From the human T2T-CHM13v2.0 reference genome, Homo sapiens, in assembly GCF_009914755.1 (NCBI RefSeq), contig NC_060929.1: 64,000 nucleotides of DNA; one strand, written 5' to 3'. The notes beneath the pieces are model-generated. The model was given only the letters and a program-made list of their open reading frames with translations. It was not told the origin of the DNA and ran no database searches. This document shows, one piece after another, positions 27,591 through 41,242 of the stretch. The translations under genes were made by a program, and so were the position numbers. Each line of letters opens with the position of its first letter. Position 1 is the first letter of the stretch.

Positions 27591-28905
27591 TGAGAGGTGA
27601 CAACCTGCTAGCAGCCCTTGCTCGCTCTCAGCACCTCCTCGGCCTCGGCGTTTGCTCTGGCCACTCTTGAAGAGCCCTTCAGCCTGCCACTGCACTGTGG
27701 GAGCCCCTCTCTGGGCTGGCCGAGGCTGCAGCCAGCTCCCTCTGCTTGCGGGAAGGTGTGGAGGGAGAGATGTGGGTGGGAACCGCAGCTACGTGCCTCC
27801 TGGTGGGTGTGAGCTCGGCGTGCCCTGCACTCGGGGCAGCCAGCTGGCGCCACCGGCTCGGGCAGTGAGGGGCTTAGCACCCAGGCCAGCAGCTGCGGAG
27901 GGGGCGCTGGGTCCCCCAGCACTGCCAGCTCGCCCACACAGTGCTTGAATTCTTGCCAGGCCTCAGCCGCTGCCCCCTGCTCCGTGGCTCCTGGTCCCAA
28001 GGGCTGAGGAGTACAGGTCAGCAGCGAGGGACTAGCGGGCAGCTCTGCCCGGGGCCCTGGTGCGGGATCCACTAGGCGAAGCCAGCTGGACTCCTGAGTC
28101 TGGTGGAGACTTGGAGAACTTTTATGTCTAGCCAGAGGATTGTATATGCACCAACCAGCACTCTGTGTCTAGCTCAGGGTTCGTGGATGCACCAATCAGC
28201 ACTCTGTATCTAGCTTATCTGGTGGGGACTTGGAGAACTTTTAAGTCTAGCTAAAGGATTGTAAGTACACCAATCAGCACTCTGTGTCTAGCTCAGGGAT
28301 TGTAAACGCACCAATCAGCACCCTGTCAAAACGGACCAATCAGCTCTCTGTAAAACGGACCAATCAGCTCTCTGTAAAATGGAACAATCAACTCTCTGTA
28401 AAATGGGCCAATCAGCAGAATGTGGGTGGGGTCAGATAAGGGAATGAAAGCAGGCTGCCCGAGCCAGCAGCGGCAACCTGCTGGGGTCCTCTTCCACGAT
28501 GGAGTTTTGTTCTTTTGCTCATTGCACTAAATCCTGTTGCTGATCCCTGTTTGGGGCCGCACTGCCTTTATGAAATGTAACACTCACGGAGAAGGTCTGC
28601 AGCTTCACTCCTGGGGTTGGCCAGACCACAAACCCACCAGGAGGAATGAACAACTCCAGACAGGAGGAACGAACTACTCCAGATGCACCACCTTAAGAGC
28701 CTTGACACTCACTGTGTAGGTCTGCAGCTTCACTCCTGAAACCAGCCAGACCACGAACCCACCAGAAGGAAGAAATTCCAGACACATCATAACATCAGAA
28801 AGAACAAATTCTGGACACGCCATCTTTAAAAACTGTCACACTGCGAGGGTCTGCAGCTTCATTCTTGAAGGCAGTGAGACCAAGAATCCACCAATTCTGG
28901 GCACA
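27591..28905 (+). mobile_element. LTR12 (ERV9) solo LTR, LTR12D-like
   Basis: tgagaggtgacaacctgctagcagccc...ccaattctgggcaca; tandem caccaatcagc U3 repeats; near-TSD ctag/ttag. Confidence 0.95.
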
Positions 28906-28999
28906 TTAGGGGAATGTCTCTGCCTCTAGGCCATTCAACAGACCATGGGGTGGGGAAGATGCAGGCTTGTCCTCTACCCTGTGACTGTCTGGGCCACCT

Positions 29000-30250
29000 A
29001 AGAGAGGTAGCCTGGAGGAGTGGCCAGGAGCAGAAACTTTGGCATCACACTGCCTGAGATGATACCTGCTATTATTTACCAGTTTTGGGGCCTTGGATAA
29101 GGTATGTGGACTTTCTATGCCTTATTTCTTTCATCTGTAAAATGGGGTAATAATACTACCTGCTTCATAGGATTTTGAGAGAATTAAACCAGTTAATATA
29201 TGTAAAGGGTGTAGAGGATTGCCTGGCTCACCGTAAGTAGATTGAGCATCATTATTAATATGCTTCCAGGAGCCATTTTTCCTAAGTCTTGGATTTAATA
29301 ACAACCAGGGACTGAATAACAACCAGAATCCTGGAACCAGCTACCACTTTTATTGAGCACCTAATCTCTTTGCTAGGAATGCTTTGTACGTACCACGTGT
29401 AACCCATAGAGATGTTAGATAAACATTATTATCTCCATTCTACAAACAAGGAAATGGAGGCATCGAAAAGTCAAGTGACTTGCCCCAGCTTACATGACCA
29501 GAAGGTGCCAAGCTGGTGTCTGAATCTACATCAGTCAGGCTACAGGGTCTCTCCACTGGCTCAGCTACTTCTCCAACGCTGGGTTGGTGGTTTCCAGCAA
29601 AAGTCATCTTTAAACATAATGTCTTTTTTTAATTTTTCATTGTATTTTTTTATTTTTTTGGAAGAAATGGGTAGTTAAAAAGTAAGCAGTGTGACTGTAA
29701 TCAGATGTTCTCTAATTTGCCCCTTTGAAAAGAAAATTAAGGTGGAGGAGCATTGTCATTTAGTAGGAGCTGCTGAGGCCAGACAGTGTCCACTCTGGGC
29801 TGTGCATCGCCTTCCTGGGAATCTAGCCTGGACTGACTTAACCTCAGCCCACATGTACAGTAACCAAGCAAATTGAGGTCGATGACCAAGTTAAACACAT
29901 TTTCATGGATTCAGGACCCTTGCTCTCAAAAAAGAGGTTTAAAATGATATTGATCCAAACCTCTTTGTTGTACAATGTTCTGGTACAGGAAACTGGTGAT
30001 GATGATAGTGATGGTAATAATAAAAATGACAGATGGCTCTCTTATAAGAGCTTATGGAGGGCCAGGCACTGTGCTGCATGCTTTACACATATCATCCCAT
30101 TTAATCCTCACAACTGTCTTTTAGAGCCCCTTTTATGGATGATGAAATTAAGACTTAGAGAAGGACAGTCCCTCATTCAGGTCACATAGTGACATGTGGA
30201 GTCAGGATTCACATTCCTGCTGAACTCCTAAACTCCTAAGGTTACATGCC
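29000..30250. mobile_element. Cluster of three MIR fragments (~29000-29260 +, ~29350-29560 -, ~30050-30250 -)
   Basis: catctgtaaaatggggtaataata; caagtgacttgcccagc; cccatttaatcctcacaac. Confidence 0.7.
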
Positions 30251-32138
30251 TTCTGCACTCTTTGAAAAGGGTCTTTCTTGACCTAAGTCAAAAAGAAACA
30301 TGCAAACTCTAGTTGTCCCAAAAAGAGATGGAGTCACCTATTCCCTCAACTCCAAAAGTCACTTGAATTCTGCCTTGAATTCTTGAACTTTGGGAAGAGA
30401 TGGCAGGTTCTACCTGAATCTCTCAAACACTTTTAAAAGTGGAAGAATTATAGCAAAATATCAATTATTGACAAATGTTCTAATTGTCCTTGAATGTTCG
30501 TCAATCAACAAAGTCCTACCTAAATAGGTTCTCTCCTTCCTAATAGATCCTGGGGTAAGAGTTAAGCATTCTAATTTGCTCTTTTGTTCTGAGTTAGCTG
30601 GAAATTTTGCCACCAGTATTAAAACAAGAAGAATAAATTTATATGTGGAAACACTTTTACTTCCCAATACTCTAGAGTACTGTTACAATGAGACAGCAAA
30701 GTTATCCGTTTATTCATCCGATCATTTAATTGACATTTATGGAGTGCCTAGTATTTTCTCAATACTGCGCTAGAGGTGCTGGGAAGAGAGAGATAAAAAT
30801 AAATGATACTCTCTTGTTCTCAAGTTGCTTGCAAATTTGCATGCATTGGTTCTAGTTTGGATTTTGCCAAATCCAAGGAAAAGGATCTTCAGCTGGTCCC
30901 GCAAAGCAAGCTCCAGAGAAACTCAACCGCAGAATTCCATTACTTGTATAGCTTTCTGGGTATGAAAAACAGTAAGAGGAACTATCACAACTCTAGGGTT
31001 TTTTAAGGCATGAATCATAAACCAGATCAACAGGTATGGTGACGGGCTTGCCAGTTTAGCAATTGTCTCTATAAAAGGAGAGAACTACTTGATCAGAAGG
31101 AAATGCCAACGCTCGCCCCCACCCCACAGCCCTCCCACGTGAAGCTCAACCTCTCAGAGTGCTGTTGAGATGCTGTCTGTTTTGTTTTGATTCCAGCTCC
31201 CTCTCTACCCAGCTGAGCCACATAGAGAGAATGAAGCCTGCCATTTTGCACACAGTTTTGCCTTTGCGGCTGTTTATTTTGCTAAGACTCTTAAACCTGT
31301 CAGCGAAGCGGTTTCCAGCCCAGTCTCTGTGGTAATAATCTCCCTTTCTAAGAGATAAGCACCCCGAGTGAGACAGATTGGAAGACAAACTAACACACCA
31401 AAGTTGCTGAGTACACACGACTCTTTAAAGATGGCCTCATTCACTACTCAGGCTTTATTAACTTCAAAAAAGAAAAAGAACAACAACAAAAAAGTCGAGC
31501 TTGGAGGTTTCAGAAACTCCCTAAGAAATTACTAGAAACCCCTCAGTGGAAAATGCCAATGCATGCACACATGTCTGACCCAGACCCACATTTCTTGCAG
31601 TACAAGGGCTGATGGAGAAACATCAGCAGGGAAGACCTGTTGGGGAGCTGGAGGGACAGGACCTCTTGACAAGCCTAGAGTTTACTCAGACGTCCCAAGT
31701 TCTGAGATATAAACCAAGTTTTATCCCCAGAAAACCAAACCAAACACTCAGATGAAAAAATGCCACTTCTCAATTTTCTAAAATCAAATTAAATCTTACT
31801 TTGCATCCCCTTTTCTCCAGGGCAGGAAATTTATTCTTGGTCATTAGGAAGGAACTCCTTACCAAAGATAATGCTAGATCCTTTTGGCAGGGTTCTTGTC
31901 CATCTTCCATGGCCTGTTTAGAAGTCATTGAACTTTTTTGTTTTGCTGCTTAAATCTTGATTTTATTCAACTGTGGGACAGCAACATACTCAGGGAAGGT
32001 GGGCCCTTCCCCAAGCTCAGGCAAATGGAACGTGGTTAGTTTAACCTGAAACTGTGCAGCAAACCTACCTTTCCTTCCACCTGCAGTGTGGGATGGGCAT
32101 GTGACTGTGGATTTCTGGGATCTTCCATAGGGTGGGAG

Positions 32139-32601
32139 TGACGCAGGGCAAGTGAGCCCCCAAGTGGAGCTTAGCCTATAAGAGTTCTTGGCTTTGCCCA
32201 GGAAATAATTCAAGGGTGGGCCGGTGGTAGGGTAGAAGAAAACAGCTTTGTTGAAGCGGCAGTGTCACAGCTCTGTGACTGCTCCTGCAGAGCAGGGTTA
32301 TCCTATAGGCAGTGTGTCCAGAGTAGCAGCTCAGTACAGTCTTGCAGTCATATTTATACCTGCTTTTAATTACATGTAGACTAAGGGGTGGTTTATGCAG
32401 AAATTTCCAGAGAAGGGGTGCTAACTTTTGGACCATCAGGCCATTGGCATGGAAAGAGTGGTAATTCCCTGTTGTTGCCATAGTGATGGTAAACTTACAT
32501 GGCATGCTGGTGGGCTGTCTCATGGAAAGCTGCTTCTGCCTTGTCCGTGTTTTAGCTAGTCCTCAATTTGGTCCAGTATCCAAGCCCCACCTTCTACCTC
32601 A
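32139..32601 (-). mobile_element. ERV1 solo LTR (LTR19/LTR9-like) inserted in an older MLT1-like element
   Basis: TG...CA termini with perfect 4-bp TSD ggag (32135-32138 and 32602-32605); ttcttggctttgcccaggaaataattcaaggg motif. Confidence 0.8.
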
Positions 32602-35199
32602 GGAGGAGAGTGTGAGAGGGGAATTTCCTATTTAATTAAAACAAAGGCATGTGAGGCAAAACTCCATTCTTTCCTTCCTTTTGAGCACATCCATGTGAGG
32701 CACGATGCTTGGACCTGCAGCAGCAGCCATCTTGTTGTTAGGAGGGGAAAGGAGAGCATCACCAAGAAGCCGCAGCCTCCTGACAGTGTTATGTTGCTGA
32801 GGTTACCTCTCTGGAACCTCTTGATGTGTACCATGAAGAACCCTTGATGTTCAAGGCTGTTCTAATTGGGTATTCTATTACTCACTAAAAGCAGCTTCCA
32901 TTATACAATCTTTGAAGTCCTGAACACTGAGGACAGTGTGGTCTTCTGTGGTCCACCCTGTGGTTTTCCATCCGTGCTGGTCACCACTGATAATGTCTGA
33001 GCCCTCATCGTCTCCTGTGCAAACGTGCTTCACTGTTTTGGTGCCAAACGTGAGTAAGGTGGGGGACCTCTGCTGACGATTGCCCCCCCAAAGCCTAGTG
33101 TTCAGTGTCCCTGGGGCACCACACAGCCACTGCTCAGTCACTGTCCTGGGCTGCATTCAGGAGCCCACAGGAAAGCTCCTGCGTGGCAGTAATGCTGCGG
33201 TGACCTTGCCTCCAAGATCAGCTTGGGTGAAGAGGTTTTGATGTTGTCAGGCCTTCCTACGGCTTTTAGTAATAGGCAGTTGTCACTGGTAACAGATTCT
33301 CTGTCCTCAATTCATTCACTCAAAGCTAAGAAACTGGGTCCTGAGGCAACAGTCGGACCAGGCTTTAAAATGACCTCTGGAAATTTGAAGTAATGGTTTG
33401 GTTGAATAACTGCCTAGAAAAACACTGGGTTCTCTCCCTCCGCTTACCCCACCCACCCTACTCCATTCAGGATCTGCACAGCCACGAATCTGTTATGCGG
33501 ATGCATTTTCAGTGCTCCCTCCCTCTTTCACAAGATATCTCCCCTTCAAGGACTCTCCCAGTGGCCAAGGACTTAAAAGCAAAAACAAACTGAATAAAGT
33601 TTCCATTTATCTTGAAAAGCTAGCCATCGAGTGGATTAAAGGGAGATCGAAAGACCTAGAAAGGTAAACCAAAGGTTAAGGATTCTTTTCTCTCCACACT
33701 GGAACTTCTTCATGTTACAGTTGATGGTCCATGGCTCAATAAGCTATGAGCCACTTCTGGTTCCTCAGAACGGTGCTTTTAGAAGCAGAGCTGTTACATG
33801 TCAATAAGCGTAACATTTGCCTGAAGAGCTTTTTTGGTTTAAAAGCATGTTTCTGGAGCCTAACTTCTTGCGATTCGAATTCCTCAGGCCTGGGATGGGG
33901 CCTGGAGAACTTGTTTTATGTTCAGCCAGCCCAGGCCATACTGACTGAGTAGTTCCCGAGTCCACACTGAGATACGCTGTCCTGCCCCTTGGAGCCAGGC
34001 ATTTCATTTGGTCAAACGCAGCCTCCACCTTCTTCTCATTATAAGTAGCCTCTTAATTAAAGAAAAGAAAAAAAAAAAAAACAGAGTTAAAATAGTTCAA
34101 CCTGAGGTTTTGCCAAAGCACTCAGCAAAAATGTTTGTTGATTCCAGAATCTAAAACGCTAAATGAGGGTCAAAAATGAACCTCAAATTACATTTGAGAG
34201 GAGACTTCCTACAGTTACTCCATCTTTTGTAGGAACTAATCGGAGCTGGTGTTCTCTAGCACACACTTTTTGGCAGCTTCATAAACTGTGTTTGAGGTTT
34301 CCCTAATTCTCCTGGCACCCCAGGGAACGGCCTAGGGAGCTCTTCCATGCAAATGAATAGTTTTCCTTATCTGGTTCTCAGAAGTTCCCCTTTCTGATGA
34401 AAACCACTCTGAAATTGGTTACAGAGCAGGGGCTGGATGAGAGGCCCCAGCTAGCCAGCCAGCACCTCTAAATAAACAGAAGGGGTCACATGATTTATCG
34501 GGTGATGAGTGTTTGCTGGAAAGCATGTGGCGTGAGGTGACTGTCCAGTCGGAGGGAGTGGGGGAAAAAAGGCACAAACATGCAGCAGAAAACTCCTACT
34601 TGCTTTTAAGGGAAACTCCCCTCCTGTAAGGACAGTCCCCGGGAGGCCCTTTATGAACCAGGCGAGGAGGAACGTTGTGGTTTTATGTGGGGGGCTGAGC
34701 TGGATGGGACAGGCTGGGAAGACGCCAGTGATCTGGGAGCAGGCAACTGTCTCCTAGAAGAGTCTCTTTTCCAAATGTTTCCCCAGCGTCTTCTCAGATA
34801 CTCCTGTTTAATGGGGTCCTTCCTGTGATCTGGTCAGGTTTTCTATTGGTAACCTGAAAAATATTTGCTTGATACTTGAGCGATCACTCACTTGACAGAA
34901 GAACCTACTTATCCAAGGCTTTTGGGGTGGGAGGTGACAGAGGGAAGGGCTAGGGATGGAGGTGGACAGGGTCAAGCTGGCAAGTTAAAAGAGAGAGTGG
35001 CAATGGTTACACAGGCTCTGGTCAACTGCAAGGCAAGACTATCCGGGCTGATTATAGCGATCATTGAGCTGCTTTACCCAGTACTGACTAAAATTCCAAA
35101 TGCTTAATATCCATTCTCAGGGGTCAACCACGGTTGATAAATTTCAGCATAATGCTCATATCTTTCCTACTGAGGACTGAAATGTCCTTATCTCTAAAA

Positions 35200-36320
35200 T
35201 AACCTCTACAAATTAAGGAGAAAAATCAAAGAATGCCCAAAAGATAGGAACATACAATTCATAGAAAAGAAAATACAAACGGCTGTTAAAAACAAGAAAA
35301 GATGTTTGACTTCTGTGAAATCAATTTACAATTATTTCAAAATAGATGATTTTTAGAAGGTGGTTAAGTTTCACTCATAATGAGAGAAAAGCAAAAACTA
35401 CATGAACTGGAAAGAAGTATAAAATGGGGGTTACTGGGCTCTCAGTCCTGTCCTGTTTCTTGACCTGGGTGCTGATCACATTGTGTGTTTAATTTGTGAA
35501 GACATTGAGCTACACACTTAGGATCAATATATCTTTATAAATATATTTAAATTTTAAAAATTTAAAAAGTACATTGGAATTCCATTTTTTTACCTGAGTG
35601 TCAAAGATAAACATGATAACACATGATACTGAAAGGGATGTAGAAAAATAGATACTCTCATAGATAAAAATTATAACACAATATTGAAAAGGATGTGAAG
35701 AAATACACACTTTCATACATTGTTAACAGGAATATAAATGGTACAGTTTCTATGGAGGGCAAATAGACAATATCTATCAAATATACCAATAAACATACCT
35801 TTTGACATAGCAATTCCACTTCTAAAATTTCTCCTACTCACACATGTACCAAATGATATGAATACAATGTCATTCTCTAACATAGTGTTAGTAATAGCAA
35901 AAGATCAGAAACAAACTAGATGTCCATTTTAAGGAGGCAGGCTAAATAAATCACTGTAGTTCTATAAAATGGAACATTACACAACTGTAAAAAAAGGAAT
36001 TGGAAACTGTTGATGTTCTGCAGAATAATCTCCAAGATATATTGTTGCATTGAAAGAAAAGGAAAGTATAGAAAGAAAAGCATATGTAGTATTCTATCAT
36101 TTGAAAAGGTAAGGGGAAAATTATACATATCCTCACTGACATATAAATAAAACCATCTCTGGAAGAATATACAAGAAACTGGTAACATAGCTTTCAGGTG
36201 GGAGAACTGAACATTTGGGGAACAAGATTTGGAGGGAGACTTTTGCCATATTTCTTTTGAAACTTGAATTTTGAATTACATGAAGGTAAAATCCAGTCCA
36301 AAAATAAATGACGTTTAAAA
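35200..36320 (+). mobile_element. Old L1 (L1ME-like) fragments
   Basis: aatataaatggtacagtttctatggagggcaa, tttgacatagcaattccacttcta, aatctccaagatatattg. Confidence 0.75.
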
Positions 36321-37468
36321 TCTTAAGCCTGGATTTTTTGTGCTATGTAATATCTTGACTTTTTAATTATTATTTGGACTCCACTTTCATATTTCTCTCT
36401 CTTACACTTTGTCATAAACCATCCCATCGTCAATTACATCTGTGAAGAGCAGGGAAAATTCTACCTTATAAGATCTACACATCAATTATGATAAGACCTG
36501 ACTTCAGAAATGTTTAACTGGGAAAATCACATGCCATCTAGAATGGAGAAAATCCGTTAATCTGCTTTGCTGACTTATCAGGCCCCAGACCATGAACTAC
36601 CATCACATGGCAATCAGCGACATTTTTCCCTCCTGTTCAGTATCATTTACTAAGTAGCAGTACAGTCCATTAGCCTTTGGTCTGCCATGACTACTGTATC
36701 ATTTTCTGCTATTCCCACTTGCTTCCTGAATAGGCTCTTGTTTCCTCTTTTCTGGGTAGTCTGTTTATTCTCCCTCAATTGTGCTATCTCCTGCATCTCA
36801 CTAATGAGCTTCATCCTGTTTTTGACAGACCATTCTCTGTTTCGACAAGGTAAAATTGATCAGTGAATTAAACACATGTGAAACATCTCCAAATACAAAC
36901 CCACTACAGGGAAAGATTTAAATGCTGTCCATTTCCTTGCCGATAATAACTTGGAAGGCAATTTTAATAGCCAGACGGATGCTGAATGGAGAGCTCTGTT
37001 TAAACTGTGTCTTCCATAAATAGAAACAAAGTGCAGACATCCTGCCTCTTAACTTGACTTCTTTTGTCATCTAAAGCTTTCAGAAGTATGCCTTTATTTG
37101 TTTTCTTGATTTATCTCTTTCCTTCTACTGCAAATGAGACTACAGCCAGGGAGCACCCACAGCAGGACTAGGGCTGAAAGGACTCCCCCTCAATTATCTG
37201 TCACTAGGAGACCCCCATGACACCTTGGGCCACCCCTTAATATCTCACTGCCTTGTGAAGATGAGCCAGGTGAATCTTTCATTTGAATTGCGAATTTGAT
37301 CACTTGACTCCAAAATGAGACATTCCATTCAACCAAATGGACATTCCTTATGAACCAGGCAAAGTGGGAGTTCAGGTAATCCAAAAACCTGAAATTGCAT
37401 TTTTAAGTTTTGTCTCTCAGACTCAGAAACTTTCAGAAATAAAAAGATGTTAGAAATGATTTAGACTC

Positions 37469-37757
<289 letters not shown>

Positions 37758-37876
37758 GAGATGATTTAGACTTTTAGACTCAGAATTGATAACCTGAGGC
37801 TCTTAGAAAGCTCCAGAGTGCACGAATGGACTCACGGATTCTCTCAGTCCTGGTGGGCTAGGATATGCTGTGGAAA

Positions 37877-39186
37877 TCTGTCTGAAACTGGTGGGTTCTT
37901 GGTTTCACTGACTTCAAGAATGAAGCTGCGGACCCTCACAGTGACTGTTACAGTTCTTAAAGGTGATGTGTCCGGAGTTTGCTTCTTCTGATGTTCGGAC
38001 ATGTTCGGCGTTTTTTCCTTCTGGTGGGTTCATGGTCTCGCTGGCTTCAAGAGTGAAGCTGCAGACCTTTGCACTGAGTGTCACAGCTCATAAAAGCAGT
38101 GCAGACCCAAAGCCTGAGCAGCAACAAAATTTATTGCAAAGAGCAAAAGAACACAGCTTCCACCAACATGGAAGGGGACCCAGTGGGTTGCCACTGCAAG
38201 CTGGGGCAGCCTGCTTTTATTCCCTTATCTGGCCCCACCCACATCCTGGTGATTGGTCCATTTTACAGAGAGCTGATTGGTCTGTTTTACAGAGAGCTGA
38301 TTGGTCCATTTTGACAGGGTGCTGATTGATGCATTTACAATCCCTGAACTAGACACAAAAGTTCTCCAAGTCCCCACTAGATTAGCTAGACACAGAGCGC
38401 TGATTGGTGCATTCACAAACCCTGAGCTAGACACAGGGTGCTGATTGGTGCATTTACAAACCTTGAGCTAGACACAGAGTGCTGATTGGTACATTCACAA
38501 TCCCTTAGCTAGACATAAAGGTTCTCCAAGTCCCCACTATACTCAGGAGCCCAGCTGGCTTCACCCAGTGGATCCCGCACCAGGCCGCAGGTGGAGCTGC
38601 CTGCCAGTCCAGCACCGTGTGCCCGCACTCCTCAGCCTTTGGGTGGTGGATGGGACCAGGCACCATGGAGCAGGGGGTGGTGCTCGTCCGGAAGGCTCCG
38701 GGGGCGCAGGAGCCCACGGCGCAGGGGAGGCTTAGGCATGGGGGGCTGTGGGTCCTGAGCCCTTCCCCGTGAGGAGGCAGCTGAGGCCCGGCGAGAATTC
38801 GAGGGCAGTGCCGGTGGGCTGGCACTGTTGGGGAACCCGGCGCACCCTCTGCAGCTGCTGGCCCAGGTGCTAAGCCCCTCACTGCCCAGGGCCAGTGGTG
38901 CCGGGAAGCTGCTCTGAGTGTGGGGCCTGCCGAGCCCACACCCACCCGGAACTTGTGCTGGCCCGCAAGGGCAGCATGCAGCCCCAGTTCCCGCCCGCGT
39001 CTCCCTCCACACCTCCCAGCAAGCAGAGGGAGCTGGCTGCGGCCTTGGCCAGCCCAGAGAGGGGCCGCCACAGTGCCGGGGCGGGATGAAGGGCTCCTCA
39101 AGCACGGCCAGAGTGGGCGCGGAGTCCGAGGAGGCACTGAGAGTGAGTGAGGGCTGCGAGGGCTGCCAGCACGCTGTCACCTCTCA
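37877..39186 (-). mobile_element. LTR12 (ERV9) solo LTR, LTR12C-like
   Basis: Ends gccagcacgctgtcacctctca (reverse of the LTR12 start); tandem gctgattggt repeats; near-TSD gaaa/gtaa; splits an MLT1 element (ctaggatatgctgtg | gtaacaaac...tctcagtggctt). Confidence 0.95.
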
Positions 39187-40676
39187 GTAACAAACACTTT
39201 GAGAATCTCAGTGGCTTCAAAGCAACAAAGGCTCATTTTGTACTCATACCACATGATAATACAGGGTTGGCTGGGACATTGCTCCTGCATCATCAACATA
39301 CTCCTGGACATGATAGAAATGCAATATCAGGAATATTGCTGGCATCAATGCAGAAGGAAAGAGAGCTAAGCTCTTAATTCTTCAACCTAGAAGGGGGACC
39401 CTTTGCATCCCATTGGCCAATGCCTGAGTTCAGTTGGGGTAAAGAAGTATAGCCCTTCTGCCAGGAGGATAACTACTTGGAGAACTGTTTACTGTAAGGT
39501 CCACAAACCCTTAAAATTGTATGCAGAATTATATGTTAGCAGACATATGTGCATGCTTCTGGGAGCAGTTCTGCAGCTTTCAGCCTCTTCCAAAAAGAGT
39601 CGTTAACCATTCCTTCCCCACCCCTCACAAAGTTGAGAACCAATGGTTTTAGTCCAAATTCCTTATTTTACAGATGGAAGAACTTGAAAGCCAGATCTTT
39701 AAACGACTTGCCAAAAATCAAAACGATGTCCCCAAACTTGCCAAAACAACTGTTAATTGGGAGCAGAAGCAGCCCCTAAGACTGTATCAGGGAAAGGCCA
39801 CCCTTTCAGGCACAGCAGAAGGCTCCAGCCTCCGCTTAACCAGCTCTCTGCATCCAAATTTAATTTAGAGAGGAAGAAAAGAGGTCATGGGAAGGGTCTT
39901 TGTTTCCTGTAGGTTTCAAATCCCAAATGGAGGTTGGAAACTGGTAGAGGATCCTCCTTGGAAACTTTTGAAAAATAACTTGTTTGAAAATATTTCAATG
40001 CCAAGAAAAACGTGACCCCTGGTCCCTGTCCCCTACTGTTCGCCTTTCCCTTCGGCCCTCTTTCCTTGTGTCAGGTAACCTGGGCTTCCATCATATTCTT
40101 CCAGCTTCCTCATGTCTCAACTGAGCTTCCCGTTGGGGACCAACAAAAGACATTATCCTGGAAGAACTGTTTTTTCCATCTCTTTTCATAACTCCATTTC
40201 CTTTCCGGAAGACCATGTGTTTTCCTTAATTCATTTCAGCTCCCCATCCTGCCTCCTCCCTTTTTCCCCCCACCTCCATCTCAGGCTGGAATATCACTCA
40301 GCTTCTCAACCAGCGTGGCAATGTTTCATTTCGGCCTTCCAAACAAACAGAAGTTGATGAGTCTCCCCTTCTGATTCTCCAGCATGAAGACCCTCTCCTT
40401 TGACCACTGCCGCCAATACCAGGATGTATGGGAAGAGTTGGCAATTTATCTACGTTCTTGATTCTCTTTTCTCTTCCTCTTCACTCGGTTAACTATTTTC
40501 TCAGCATATCCCTCATTTGCTGTCCGTTTTCTATGATGGACTTTTGTCAGGCCATGGTGGGGGACCAGGAAAACCAAACATTATTTGTATAACAGGTAGA
40601 AGTTATTATATATCAGCATAGAAGGCAAAGATGAACTGAGACCAATAACTATGTGATGGCAGGAAGCCTAGAATTC

Positions 40677-41060
40677 AGGGACATCTGCCTTCAGGTTTTG
40701 TGGAGCCTGAAGTATTTGGGGACCTCAATAAGAAAAATAATTTAAAATTGCGAGAAGGTAGTCAGGCATCAAAGTAAACATTTGTTTAGACATTAATTTA
40801 ATTACAAGTGAATATGTGTTTATAATTCCTCATCCTCCCCTCCACATCAACCCCTTACAGGACATCAAGTATAAGGGAGGGGACACTGGAGTGGAAACAG
40901 GCAGCAGTCTTAGCCAATTAAAGTAAAAATATACTGTATTTGCAAATTTGACAAAAATGCACAATCACATGAACACCTTGCTAGGGCTTCTCCAAAGGTC
41001 TTGGGAAGGCGCCCCTGCAAGTGAGTGGCCCTAAAGTGTAAGATTCACTAAATTTGAGAG
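40677..41060. mobile_element. hAT-Tip100-like non-autonomous DNA transposon
   Basis: caggttttgtggagcctgaag...aagaaaaataa and gcaagtgagtggccctaaag motifs. Confidence 0.45.
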
Positions 41061-41216
41061 TCAGACTGTGTTGGAGATAGATGTAGCCAAAATATCTGGA
41101 AGGTGAAACAGGTCAAGAAGCCAGCAATCAGTACCTAAAGTCTCAGGCAAGATCCAATATTTATAATTTTTTTTTATGTCAGCTCTAGTTTTTTTCCACT
41201 CCCCCTCCCCTCCAAT

Positions 41217-41242
41217 TTTTTTTTTTTTTTTTTTTTTTTTTT
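41217..41242. repeat. Poly-T tract
   Basis: Uninterrupted T run. Confidence 0.85.

Noticed and set aside
28120-28420. Regularly spaced caccaatcagc repeats resembling a CRISPR array (also 38250-38520)
   Set aside because: These are the LTR12 U3 tandem enhancer repeats; the spacers are themselves repeated and there are no cas genes
38505-39190. 210-aa and 182-aa ORFs (and the 154-aa ORF at 27608-28072)
   Set aside because: Lie wholly inside GC-rich LTR12 U3 sequence; not retroviral gag/pol/env
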